DNA from: Euglena gracilis
Taxonomy: Eukaryota
Direction of reading: 5' to 3'
Assembly: GCA_039621445.1 (NCBI GenBank)
Contig: CP154954.1
Location: 39,983,572 to 40,047,571 of the forward strand
Length of the DNA stretch: 64,000 nucleotides
Position numbers and translations under genes: made by a program. How positions within the stretch are numbered: position 1 is the stretch's first letter; each line of letters opens with the position of its first letter. Below, one piece after another: positions 49,719-61,408 of the stretch. The notes under the pieces are model-generated. The model did not search any database and was not told the origin of the DNA. It was given only the letters and a program-made list of their open reading frames with translations.

Positions 49719-51409
49719 TGTGTGTGTATTGTGGGTGTGTGCGTTGTGTGTGTGTATTGTGGGTGTGTGCGTTGTGTGTGCGTCGTAAGAGAGAGAGGGA
49801 ACTCTCCTGTGTGTTTTAGTGTTTGTGTCAGGGATTTTTTTTAAGACCGGTGGGAGGGGGGTCCCCAACCCACCCACCCCTTGTCCTGGGGGACCCACCT
49901 AATTTCCCCCGAAAATGGCCAAAAAAGTGCGGAAATGCTAAAAAATAGCACCTTTTCAAAAATTTTCGGTGCCTTCGGCGCCAAGAAGTAAATCCCCCCT
50001 GGGGGGACCCGGGGGGGGGGGGGGGGGGGGCTCGGCCGGACCCTCCCCCCCTACCACCCCTTCCCCCCAGGGGTTCAAGACTAAAAAAAAAACCCTGGTT
50101 TGTTTATGTGATGTGTGCGTCTGTTGTGTGAGGGAGAGGGAACATTTATGTGTGCATGTTTGAATGTTTGTGTGTTTGTGTGTGCATGTTGTGTGTGTTG
50201 TGTGCGAGAGGAAGAGTTTGTGTGCGTATTTAAATACGCCCACTCTGTGGTTTGTCTTCTTGCAGTTGTTTGCTTGAACATTTGTGGACGTTTGTGTGCA
50301 GATGTGCGTGCATGGATGTGCCCCAGGCACCACCGCCCATACCCCACACCCCCAACGACAGCCTGGAGGGGTGGGCCCGGGCGTCACCCTGGGCTCACCA
50401 CGCCCCATGCCCATCCCTTTGCCGCCGGGTGGCGGGGGCCGCCCGGGGAGGGCCGAGGTCGGCCGACATCGGGTCACGGGCGGCGGGGCATGCGCGGGGC
50501 GGGGCGGCAGCCGGGCTGCGTCACATATGCGGCCGGGGAGGGCGGCGCGGCCTGAGGGGGGGGAACCGGAACTGTATGAATTCCCCCATCTGCCCCCTTT
50601 TTTTGCAACCCGGAAGCACCAGGGAGGAACAACACCCGTGTTGTCTGAAAAAAATGCTCACCGAAAAAAATGCTCACTATTGGACTTTCTTTTGGCCGAA
50701 AGATCAGGCTGACGGTGGGCTCCACCCGTCTGAAACTCCTTCCCCTCCCAGAGTGTCAGGGGGAGGGAGAGGCAAGGCATATTTCTTTATTAGGTGTTGA
50801 AAACCATAAAAAGCCTTCAAGATGCCTGAAAATGCCTTGAATTGTCTTAAAATGCCTAACAATTTGGAAGGTGCCCTCGTCCTTGGCCGCAGGGGGGGGG
50901 TCCAACAACAAAGAACCAAAACATGCAAAATTATCTTGTAACGAGGGAGGACTCTGACAGAAGGGAAAGGGGATTCTGGGGCGTGTCGCGGGCTGCGTCG
51001 TGCGGTGGAGGAGGACCGGCACAGCGTCCGATGGGCGTGTGAAGGGGGCCGTCGGCCTGACCACGCCGGCCGCGGGACTTACGGCTGTGGCGGATGGGCC
51101 TGCCGGGGTGGCTGAGTGCTGGGCCACCAGTGGAGGAGGCTGGGGCAGGGGGGGAGGGCCGGTGGACCGCCGGGGGCTAGTCGGTGGCAGGGGGGGATGA
51201 GCCAGCCCCCAGGAATCCCGGTGGTGTCTCCGACAACGCCCCCAAATCCCGCCAGGGAGGGAATGCAACTTCATGGGTCGAAGTTCGATGGCCGATGCTC
51301 TGGGGCGGCAAAGCAGCCTGTTCATTTTTGCACTGCACGTGAAGGAGAATGCTGCCATGCAGCTGCTGATTGGCAGACCCCCCTCCCCTGTCCGCCCCGC
51401 GTCCCATCC

Positions 51410-53106
51410 CCCGCTGGCGGCGGGCGCCGAGCAGGCGCTGGCTGAAGTCGAAGCTGGCGAACTGGATGGCGTTGGCAAGCACCTTGGACGTCAGCCGGGG
51501 CCCCATCCCGGACAGCAGCACTGGCCACCCGTCGGCCCGCAGGGCCCCCTGGCTTGGCGGTTGGCCCGTGGGACAGGTGGGCCAAGGTGCTGCCTGGAGA
51601 CTGGACCTGCGACCCCTGGGGAGTTGGGATCCGGGGGGGGGGGGTTCCGGCTGGCTGGCAGCTGGACCCGGCTGGTTGCCAAAAACATGCAAAAAAAGAC
51701 CAAATCCAGCAGGTTGGGATTTTTTTTGGCAAAAAATACAAATGTGAAAACAAAAAAAGCTCAATTGTTGGCCATTTGACCATCCTCTCGCAAAATTCTT
51801 AGCTTTGCGCTTTGTATATTTTTTTTTTCATTTCAGCCCAGCGCGACTGCCCCCAACTTTGCATCAGCGGCCCTGGGAGCTGCTGCCTGGAAAACGTTGT
51901 CGACTGGCGACCACCCACGCAACGCCCTGCAGCCGGCCCTGGCCCTCGCGGACCGTCTTGACGGCGCAGTCCAGGGCGGAGCTGTACCGCCGCTGGTCGG
52001 CCTCCGCCATCAGGCGGGTCCCGGCAGGGCCGGCCCCCTCGGGCTCGGGGACACACACTACGGGGGACGGCTGCTGGTCCAGCCCGGGGGAGAGGGGGAT
52101 GCCCGGGGTTGGGGGGTGGAACTGGCAGTCCAGACAAAATGGACAGGGAGGAAAATGGACAAACAGGGTCATCCGGGGGCTTCCGCCGGGTGTTGTTGGC
52201 GGCTTCGCATCTCAAAAAGGACAAAAAAAAACTCCTCCAAAAGGGCGTTGGAAATGCAGGGGGGGATGTGACCATTCGGACAAATGGCTGGTCCCCCATT
52301 GTTTTTACTTTCTGTGTTTGCCCAACCACGAAAGTTCCGCCAGCTGCGGCCGAGGCAGCCAAATGGGCTCGTTGATCCCGCGCTTTTCTCAATTCCAGTG
52401 GAGCGCGGGCGTGGATGCAGCAAGTCCAGGTTTTGGCTACCAGAATACTGATTGGAATGTTTGTGTGGATTAAAATGGGGTCGATCCACCGGACTGCAGC
52501 CAATCATTGCTCCTTGGCCGGGGGGGGGGGGGGGGAGGGTTGCTTTCTGCTATCCAAAAAAAAAGGCCAGTCAGTCACTTTCAAAAACCAGCCACCCACT
52601 CCCCCCATTGTGGTCGTGGGGTGGTCATCAATCGGGTCAAAAATGGCCTAAAATAAATGGATATTGGCCAAAAAGCCCCCATTTTTTTCCAGGTCCTTAA
52701 GCGTCGGGTAGCCACTTCGGATTTCTGGCCAACCCCACCCAATTGGGGGTCCGGGCCACCAGTCAGTCACAAAACAAAACCGGTCAGTCAGGTCGGACGC
52801 ACCTTAAACAATGGCATGGTTCCGACACTGATAACCCAGACCACAACACCACAGCCCCAACAAGAGATTTCTTAAAGACCAGAGGAGGGGCCCACCCACC
52901 AACCCAGGGGGCACCCTCACCCCCCTCTGAGGGGAAGCGGGATCCGGATGCTCTCTTTTTTTGGGGGGGGGTCAATTTTGGGGTAAAAAAAAAGAAGAAA
53001 AAAGGGCCAAAAAACGGCTGCAGGTCCAAAGTTGAAAAAAAATCCCTGACCCCAACCTAGCCACGCTGTGCGTGATGTGTGATGTGTGACGTGTGTGATG
53101 TGTGTG

Positions 53107-53149
<43 letters not shown>

Positions 53150-56100
53150 TGTGTGTTGCATGCGCGCGTGTGTGTGTTGTGTGTTGTGTGTGTGTGTGTT
53201 TGTGTGTGTGTTGTGTGTGTGTGTTGTGTGTGTTGTGTGTGTTGTGTGTGTTGTGTGTGTTGTGTGTGCACGTGTGTTGTGGGGGCAGAAAATGCCACGG
53301 AGGTGGGCCCTGGGCCGGATCACGTCCAGCGGGGTGGTCACGAGCGCCGCGGTCATCCCCGCCACGCCTCCGAACACAGCCGACTCCACCGGGGAGAGGG
53401 GCCCCCGCGGCACTGCCCTGTCACCCCAGGCGGGATCTGGGTTGGGTTTGCCCCACCGTCTTCCAACACACGGGCACAATTCTCTCCGTCCCAAACAAAG
53501 GCGGGTTCCACAATTTCCCGATGGAGAGTTGGATCGTTCAACCTGATTTAGGCGTCGTCCATGTGCGAAGCCATTCAACGGGTGGGGTTCTGGCGGGCCG
53601 CGCACTGGGACCCACCAACCAACTTGTCAGAGGGGACCCAAAGGTCCCGTTCCATATTCCGCATGCTTTCCGCTGAGAGCATGGGCCTCCAGCCCGAGCA
53701 CCAGCAGACCTGCCCGGAGGGAGCAACCCCGTTTGTAAGATAATATAATAATGTAAGATACCGCAAGATAATAATAAGATGGCAGCTCCCATAAAGTTGG
53801 GAGCTGCCATCTGTTGGGGGGGGGCATATAGTGGATCAGGGGGGAGGGGTCGTATGGTGGGCCAAATCCGACTTTTCGACGTTCGGTCCCGCGGCGTCGG
53901 GGAACCACGCGGTGCCGGATTCGGGGAGGGTGGGCATTCAATTTTAGGGATAGGGTTAGGGGGTAGGACCGTCGCGCCGAAAATTGGCAGGGTAGGGACC
54001 AAGTTAGGCCAGAAGTTAGGACTTGCTTTGGGAAGAAGAAGAAGATTTCGTTTTGGGAAGAAGATTTTTGAATCACCTGTTTGCCCCAGAAATGCCCGAA
54101 ACCGACCTGAATTCCCCCAAAATCCGTCCGCAATGCGGCCTAACTTCTCCCCAACTTTCGAAAAAGGGGAGCCCAACGGGAAACCAGTCGTAACCCCCAC
54201 CCTATCCCAATCCATAACCCCGACTTTCCCCGAAAGGTCGGACCTGGGTCCCACCATACGACCCCCCCCCTGATTCGACTATATGGTCCTCCCGGGGGGG
54301 GGGGGGCATGTAGCTGGGAGCAGCCAGTCAGATAATGAGGTAATAAGAAACATAAAACACAGAAAAAACATGCAGATATTTAACAGAATATAAATATGTT
54401 TAAAAGAATAAATGTGACCAAAATAAGATAGAAATTGCCCAAAGACTAATGACGAAGAAGAGATTCCTCATGGATCAATGAACACTCCAACCGGATCTCC
54501 CTTCAGGCAACTTCCCCAGTTGTTGGGCTCTGTTTTGGATAAAATCTGATCCCCACCCAAAGTTTGAATTACCCGATTGCACAAAGCGACTTTGATCTTC
54601 ACATTTTCTCCGTAAGTTTTGCTTCTGGATGTGTGTAATAATTGCCAAAAAAACCAGTTCCACCGCACCAACAGTTTCCTTACGCCCTCACACGCTGGGC
54701 GATCCTGGATTGCGAAAAGGATTGAAAACGAGGCAGCGCCGCGGTTGGATGCCCGGGTGCAGGGAGGCTTTGATGGTGTCGAGGGCAGGCGGGCTGCTTG
54801 TGACGGGGAGGGAAGACAGGCTGGGAAGCGGAGGACCCCGGCGGTGGGCCCCAAATGGTGCAACAGGCAATCCTTTGGGAATGTTTCTCCCGGCAAAACC
54901 AAGCACTGCCTCTAGCCTCAAATTTGCCTTCTTTAAGTTATTTACCTCCCAGCGTTGGCCTGGAAAGTGGACCCTCATTTTTCTCACTTCTTTTTTTTCC
55001 CGAACAATGGCCCTCAGGGGATTTGTATCTGCTCCATGCAGCCTTCACACGACCGTGGTTGGAGGGGTTCCCACAGCAACGGGCCCGGCCATAGACCAGG
55101 AACTTGACGACGTCGGCGGGGAAGGCGTAGAGGAGGTTCGCCCCGTACCCGACGTACAGCGCGCCGACGCCGCCCTCCCGGACCACACGGCCGATCTCTG
55201 CCACGGAGTCCTCCGCTGTACCGGCCTGAGGGGAGGAGTGGGCCAGGCCCTGCCATTGCCATCTGGCCATGGGTGGGTGGGTGTGGGGGAGGGCGGGAGC
55301 AGGGTTTTTTTTTTAAGTCCAGGGGAGAGGGGGGGCGTCCCCCCTACCCACCCACCCCCTGGGGCCCCCAGGGGGGGGGGGACCCACTCAATTTCCCCCC
55401 CAAAATGGCCAAAAATCGCGAAAATGCTAAAAAATGGCACCTTTTTCAAAAATTTTGGTGCCTTCGGCACCGAAAAGTATATCCCCCTGGGGGGACCTGG
55501 GGGGCGGGAGAAATACAACTGCCCAGTAAGCCATGAAGACCTCCGCTCGAGATTGGAAAGCCATCAATATCCAAAAAATAAAATATCCAAAAAAAAGCTA
55601 ATGTGGATCTGCTCGCAGCGTCCTCACAGGGGAACACTGTGCTGCCCCCAATAGACAGCGGATCCTTTTCTCTGAGTTGCTGAAGATCCTAAAACAGGGT
55701 CTATTTTCTGGGGGGGTTCTGCGGAATTTTTTTTGCTTAAAGTTTTGAGAAAGGTCTTCCTGCAGGAAGATCCAAAAATAGGCACAAATACACAGAATTT
55801 TCACAATGAACAATAAATTCACAATGTCACAAAAATTGTCAATTTCAACACAACTTCCACTTCGATTTTGTTTTAGAATTCAGTTTTTCTTTAAAAATAC
55901 CCTCTTGGTTGGTGCATTTACAAAACCTCAAGGTGGACGAGGATTTTGCGATTTTTTTTTGAGATTTTGCGGCGGATTCCTGTGCCGATTATTGGCAAAA
56001 ATCCAAAAGACGATCCTCAAAGTTACTGACAAGTGACACCTCCCTCCGAATTGTTGGGAAAGAATCCAAAAAAGGGGCGCCGGTTCATTTCTTAAGCCCC

Positions 56101-59100
56101 CCAGCCAGAAGAGAGAAAGAGAGGGCAGACACCTGGCGGCGGGTCTTCAACACCTCCGATGGGGTCTTGACCAGCCACGTCGGGATGAGGGCGCCTCCCA
56201 CCGCGAGGACCGTCACCAGCTGCTTGTTGTCCAGCCCGACGTCGGACCGCAACACGTCACTCGCCAGGGTGCCCGCAGCAGCCTCTGGTATTCCCATTGC
56301 CGGCCGGGTTCGCGTGCCTGCTCTGGCCTGCGATCGCACAAACGTTTATGGAGAGACACTGAGGTAGGCAACTTTTTGGGACCGGAGTTCCACAGGAAGC
56401 TGCTGGCCCTTTGAACCAAAGAACACTGACGACGCGGGGGTGCCAGCGAGGAGGTTGCGGTGGGGCCCGCTCAACTGGCTTAGGGGGCGGTTGGGCAGGG
56501 GAACAAAGTGCCACACATATGTGACGAGTCGGCGAGGAACGTTTGTCATTGGTCTGACTTGTCTTCGCCGAATTGGCCCCAACGGTATATGGACCCCCAC
56601 CCCCAAGAAGGAGGGACCGTTTGGCTTCAGAAAACCCCTGCGTGGGGAAGTCTTAGGAGGCATAAACTGCCCATGATAAAATTGACCAGGCGCATTGGAA
56701 ATCGACCCAAAAATAGCAACAAAAAACCCCCAAATTTTTTAGGTGCCAGAGTTGACTTGAAAGTTTTGGAGGTTTTTTGACGGTGTAGGAGGGGAAGCGG
56801 GAATCCGCTTCCTTTTTGGGGGGGAAGCGAAAAAACGCTTCACCCTGAACTTTTTGAAATAGCTAAAAGTGCACATATTTTTTGAATTTTGACATCGGCG
56901 GAAGCGGATTACCGCTTCCTGTGAAACTTTTTATGGGGAAGCGGTTATCCGCTTCCTCCACTTCACATCACAACAAGTAGGCACCTTTAGAACTGGCATC
57001 AACCTCATCAACATAAGACATCATCCAACGTCTTTACTACATTAAAACAATTGTCACCAAAAGAAGCCTTATGACAGCAATCATCTGCTGGAAAGCACAA
57101 AGCAGGGGAAGCGTGTTTCCGCTTCCTATGGGTGGGCCAGATAAAGTAGTTGCATGTGGGGAGCAGGTTCGGCGATGGCCGTTCTCGCCCTATGCCACTG
57201 GGGGACTTATATTGGCGACGACTTCAGTGCCCATCTACTGTTGTCTAACCCCTGGGTCAGTTATGGCTTCACGAGAGGTCTCCGGCGGCTGAATGGTGAC
57301 TGCCTGAACTGTGCTTGAAATGTGCCTGGACTCGGTCTGATTGTTGTGGTGCCATCTCGGATGGTTCTGGGAGCGGATGGGTGGTGGGTTTACATGGCTT
57401 ACAAGCAGCGTGTTTAGAATTGATTGGGGAACGGAGGCAAAAAGGCCTCTGTCCAGGGATTTTGGTGATGACTTTGAGTGGGCTGTTTTGCTGTGGGTTG
57501 CTGGACACCGTGTTTTGAGGCTCCTTTGAGGACGAAAGTTGCCGGGTATGGATTAGTTTGCATGAGGCTGACACTCTGTCTGCAGCACAACGTGTTTCCA
57601 CCAGGCTGAAAGCCAACGGAGTTGTCTTGTTCAAGAAGGGAGGCAGCATAGAGCTGGACAATGGGTCAGGCACAATTGAGGGGGCTGAGGATCACTAAAG
57701 ATTGGAACCAATCTCCTTAAACCCTGTGAAACCGTTTTCCAGGTCCATTCAGTGCTTAAACACAGCGTCCTGGAATAGGTTCTGTCATTGGGATGTGAAG
57801 GTGTCCCCAAATACCTGGTGTGCGCGGGGGGTGGGAGTGATGTGCCAGAATCAAATTGTTGAATGCACCTGGAATTATGCCAGCAGTGGAATCCGATGAA
57901 CACTTCACACAAAAGTTGGAATGAAGCGGAAACCAGCTTCGTCAGGGAGGAAGCGTAATCCCGCTTCCTCCCTATGCGGGAAGCGGTTTTGCGCTTTCTC
58001 TTTGGAATGTGGCCCCCTCCTACCCACAGGTGGTTGAGGCAGCATAAACAGGACGTGCAGAGACTGATAAGGCTGGCTGTGTGTCTCTGTGAGCCTTCTG
58101 GGAGTATGGTGAGTGTGCAGTTCACCAAGTCATGTGCTGCCGAGAGCCATCGGTAGGCCTTGAGGACAAAGACAGCCCTCCGGAGCCCCTCTCCTGACCA
58201 GTAACTGCCGGGGGTGGGCCATAAACATGGCCTGGGAGGAACAAATGGACGAAACCTCACAGATAAGACCCACCTGCCTGCGCTTTGGCCGGGGAAGAAA
58301 GAACTTGAGGGGGGGTTTGAGACGCAATTCCACATAGCTGGATATTTTTGGGGGGCTTTGCATTGTATCTCAAGTTGAAAGGGGGCCTGTTTAAAGGGGA
58401 AATGGCCCAGATTTTTTGATTTTCAGCAAAATGTCTGGTACTCCACTTCCAGCCTTCACTGTGCCTTGTTTTCTTTCCCTGGCACCAGAAATCAACCCAC
58501 CGAAGAAACAGATACACAGTTGACAATGGAAAAGGGAGGACACTTGCCTCCATTCACTTGAAACCACCGTCTTCCTTCACCTTCTGGGTCCCCATCCCAC
58601 GTCTCCTTTCTCCTTGACCCCTTCTGGGCTGTCATTTGCTTGCGAACACCAAAGATGTCCTCTGGAATGGACTGCCACAGGTAAAGCCCAACACCACCTT
58701 CAAGCTGCGTACACTGATCTCCTCTCATTCTCATTTCTAGGTGCGTCATCTCATGTGCGCTGCTCCTCTCAACGACCTTGCTCAAAACCAACCATCACCA
58801 CACCCCTCTGCAATGCGCACCAAGCCACTTCTGCCCTTGTCTCCTCCTGCTGCAGGAACTGCTCTGCAACCTCTGCAGGATTCCCAGGGATGAAGAAGCC
58901 CCAAAGAAACCAACGGAAACACGTTTCAGGTTATTCTGGAAAACACAAATGAAGCGGATTTGCGCTTCCTCGTTCAACCCTGGGGCAAGTCCTCCAACCG
59001 GCTGTTGCTGTTGCTGTCCCTGTGTGCGGCAGGCAATCACCTCCTCATCGTACACCCTGAATCCTCCATCAGTTCACGGAAGCGGCTTTCCGCTTCCTTG

Positions 59101-61408
59101 AATCAAACCTTGACGTCTAAGGCCACTCCCCATGTTTGTCTCAGGAAAGAGGAGGCACTCTCCGAACCACATGGTAAGCCGTGTCACAATGCTGCATCCC
59201 AGCTCGTTATTGAACCCACAAAGTACTTCAGACCTATCACGTTTGGCTGAAAACCGTCCCAGACGGCCCTCCCCCCCGATTCAGTTCCGGTGCCGTTAAT
59301 CAATTGTCACAATGCCCCACACCGTGCACAATGACTGCACTCGTTGGGAGGGTAAAATGCATCCCCTGTGAAAGTGCACAGCTGCGGGTCTTCCAGGGAC
59401 CAAACAAGATGGCTGCTGTGGGAACACTAACGCATGCAGGTGGCTTTCCATGTCCCGCAATACAATTGGGCCAAATCAAAGCATGTCGTTGACAACCAGG
59501 TTTCCCATATAACGGCTTTATACCTCCTGCCCCCCTCCCCATGCATTTGTACATCATTTTGCAAGGTCCTATCCGGACCAGTTGGGCATGTTCTACGACT
59601 CGAGAAGATGAAGGTTCCATCACAGCACAAGCTAAGCCTTTGTCCACTCACCAACACCCGAAACTCCATCACATACGGCCTAGGTTGAATTGTGTATGTG
59701 CCAGATGTGGGCTGCGGGTTCCGACTTCATCTCCCCCTTGTTTTCATGCTCCTTCAGACCACTCAGGCCTTCGAAGTCATGGCCTTGAAAAATTCAAATC
59801 GTCAGGAGGAAGCGTGATTCCGCTTCCTCCTGGCCACTATGAAAATTTCAGGGGGTTTCTGCTGTATGCATCCTCAGAACCTGCGCCTGCCCCTCATTTC
59901 CGCTGATTGGCGTCAATTAAGGAAGCGGTTTTTGGTAATCACCGCTTCCTCTTCTCCTCTCTGTCCTCGTGAGGCCCCATTTTGGGTCATTTTGCGTTTC
60001 GGCGCCTCGGAGTGCAGTAGAACTGGGCAGTGACGAAGCGGTTTTTCGCTTCATCTGAAAATTTTGTGCACTTTTCGCCGATTTCGGCTTGCACTCAAAA
60101 ATTTATACCCCTTTTCGCTCATTTCAGCCTCCTATAGAGGTTCGTTACTCCAAGCCAAAACACCGGCAGAAACGGCCCAAATACGGCCTCTTCCAAGAAA
60201 AGCTAAAAATTTTGGGGGTTCAGACGAAGCGTTTTTCCGCTTCCTCCTCTTCCACTTTCCGCTTCAAACCGTCCAAAATTGTTGGGCAGTTTATGCCTCC
60301 TAAGGAAGTGGGCCTGGGTGTCAGAGCAGGCCCCAAACCGGCACGATGCCGGCATACAGGTCGCGGTAGAGCTCCGGGTCGGTCAGGACCATGCCACTGC
60401 TCACCGACCCCCCCTCCCCGCCACAGGGGGGGGGAGGGGTCACTCCCTGGCCACTTGGGCCAAAATGGCTCAAATCGAAGCTGCCGAGAACTTTTGTGAT
60501 TGACTAGTTTTGGAAGAATGTGAATGACCCCCATCCCCCCCAGGCCCTGGGGAACAATGGATTTTGGCCAAAGCCCCCCTCCAAAAATTTCCTGCGCCTT
60601 CGACGATGGGGGGGGGGCAGGGGTGGCTGGAGCCAAAATCAGTCAGTCACCTCCAGGGCGGGGGGGGGGGGGGGTCGGACACACCGAAAGCAACGGTATG
60701 GTCAGGACGCGGGGGGTGCGGGCCACCTCCAGCCGGCAGCGGATCGTGTCCAGCGGGAAGAGGATGACCTTCTTCGCGATGGACACCGTGGCGCCGCCCG
60801 CCATGCCCAGGGCCGCACGGGAAGGCCGGGTGGGCTGGGGGTGAGTGGTCAACTACGCCCCCCCCCCCCCGCCTGGGAGGGGGGGAGTGGGACCCCCAAG
60901 GAAAAAATTATTAGGGGCCTGAGGAATTTATTATATAAATTGGCATTCCAGAAATACGAGAAGACTTAATTGGGGGGACCCCTCCTTCCAGTCCAGCACG
61001 TAGGAAAATTCTGACTTTGGGGGGGGGTTGGGTCCCCCGGGGTCAGTCTGGACCCTCCTTGGCAGACGAGGGGGTGGTCTGGACCCCCCTCCCCCTGTGG
61101 TGCAGGAGGGGGGGGTGGGGGACACCCCCCTTCTCGACCCCGCACACCCTCCTTATGTCAAGCCATGGGGTCCCCCCCACCCCCCCACCCCCCACCCCGT
61201 AGGGCTTCGGGCAGTCCCGCACAGCCCTGGCCATGCCCCTCGCCGCACTCTGCAGCTGGGCGTTGAGGCCCGGGCTGCGGAGAGGGGCCCGGTGGGGGGG
61301 GCGGGGCGAGGCCCGGCGATGCTTCGCGACACGCCAAACGACTTCCGGACACTTGCACCGGCGTTGCTTGGCGTCCGGCCTGTCCCCGGGCCAAGACACG
61401 GATTCCAT
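51410..61408 (-). CDS. Multi-exon mitochondrial carrier family (SLC25) gene, most like S-adenosylmethionine carriers; ends uncertain
   Basis: Three carrier repeats with Px[DE]xx[KR]xR: FPLDTIRCR (60685-60802), TPSEVLKTR (56133-56284), TPLDVIR|TRL (53316-about 53416 joined to 51945-52020). Other exons: LYRDLYAGIVP (about 60339-60380), LLAGTPASSVFFG (about 56408-56456), REGGVGALYVGYG...KFLVY (about 55090-55225), DGWPVLLSGMGPRL...QFASFD (about 51410-51533). N-terminal exon 61233-about 61408; possible small exon about 53670-53711. Subfamily call is by motif resemblance only. Confidence 0.88.
51534..51944 (-). other. Non-conventional intron
   Basis: Splits KTVRE/DGWPVLLSG. CAGGGCC/GGCCCTG stem. 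The 3' junction could be 3 nt further in. Confidence 0.72.
52021..53315 (-). other. Non-conventional intron
   Basis: Splits PLDVIR/TRLM. No GT-AG available. CAGGGCC/GGCCCTG stem at the ends; the exact junction can slide 1-2 nt. Confidence 0.8.
53831..54279. mobile_element. Second, satellite-free member of the 24725-26102 TIR family
   Basis: TATA|GTGGATCAGG..GGGTCGTATGGTGGG and CCCACCATACGACCC..TGATTCGAC|TATA. Internal motifs shared with the first copy (AAGTTAGGCC, AACTTTCGAAAAA.GGGAGCCC.ACGGGA, CCCAATCCA). Confidence 0.75.
55226..56132 (-). other. Canonical GT-AG intron (carrier gene)
   Basis: CAG|GTGTCT...CTCCCCTCAG|GCC, phase 0, joins KTRRQ/AGTAED. Confidence 0.85.
56652..60304. mobile_element. 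3.65-kb TIR DNA transposon with degenerate coding region, inside a carrier-gene intron; superfamily unassigned
   Basis: Perfect 22-bp TIR CTTAGGAGGCATAAACTGCCCA (56652-56673 and 60283-60304). Flanking direct repeat GAAGT (56647-56651, 60305-60309). Broken minus-strand ORFs including ETWDGD. Confidence 0.85.
60803..61232 (-). other. Non-conventional (euglenid-type) intron with TIR-like stem and perfect 8-bp direct repeat
   Basis: Minus strand: GGCAT|GGC-CAGGGCTGTGCGGGA...TCCCGTGCGGCCCTG-GGCAT|GGC. CAG at +4, CTG at -8. Removal gives in-frame ARGMAGGATV. Confidence 0.85.

Noticed and set aside
43688-49819. Very long ORFs (up to 2028 aa) of HTYI/MYVC repeats
   Set aside because: They are translations of the stop-free (TACA)n microsatellite. 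The same applies to ORFs over the TG, CAA and TATATG tracts.
49560-51130. GC-rich exon-like islands (49560-49680, 50370-50552, 50985-51130)
   Set aside because: Probably exonic, but I could not fix frames or decide whether they end the carrier gene or begin the Pro-rich gene, so they were not called.
54400-54910. Possible transposase fragment in a carrier intron
   Set aside because: No recognisable catalytic motif or termini.
56790-60245. Palindromic repeats as a CRISPR array or attC-like cassette array
   Set aside because: Spacing is irregular (30-970 nt), repeats are only 18 nt, there are no cas or integron genes, and the context is eukaryotic.
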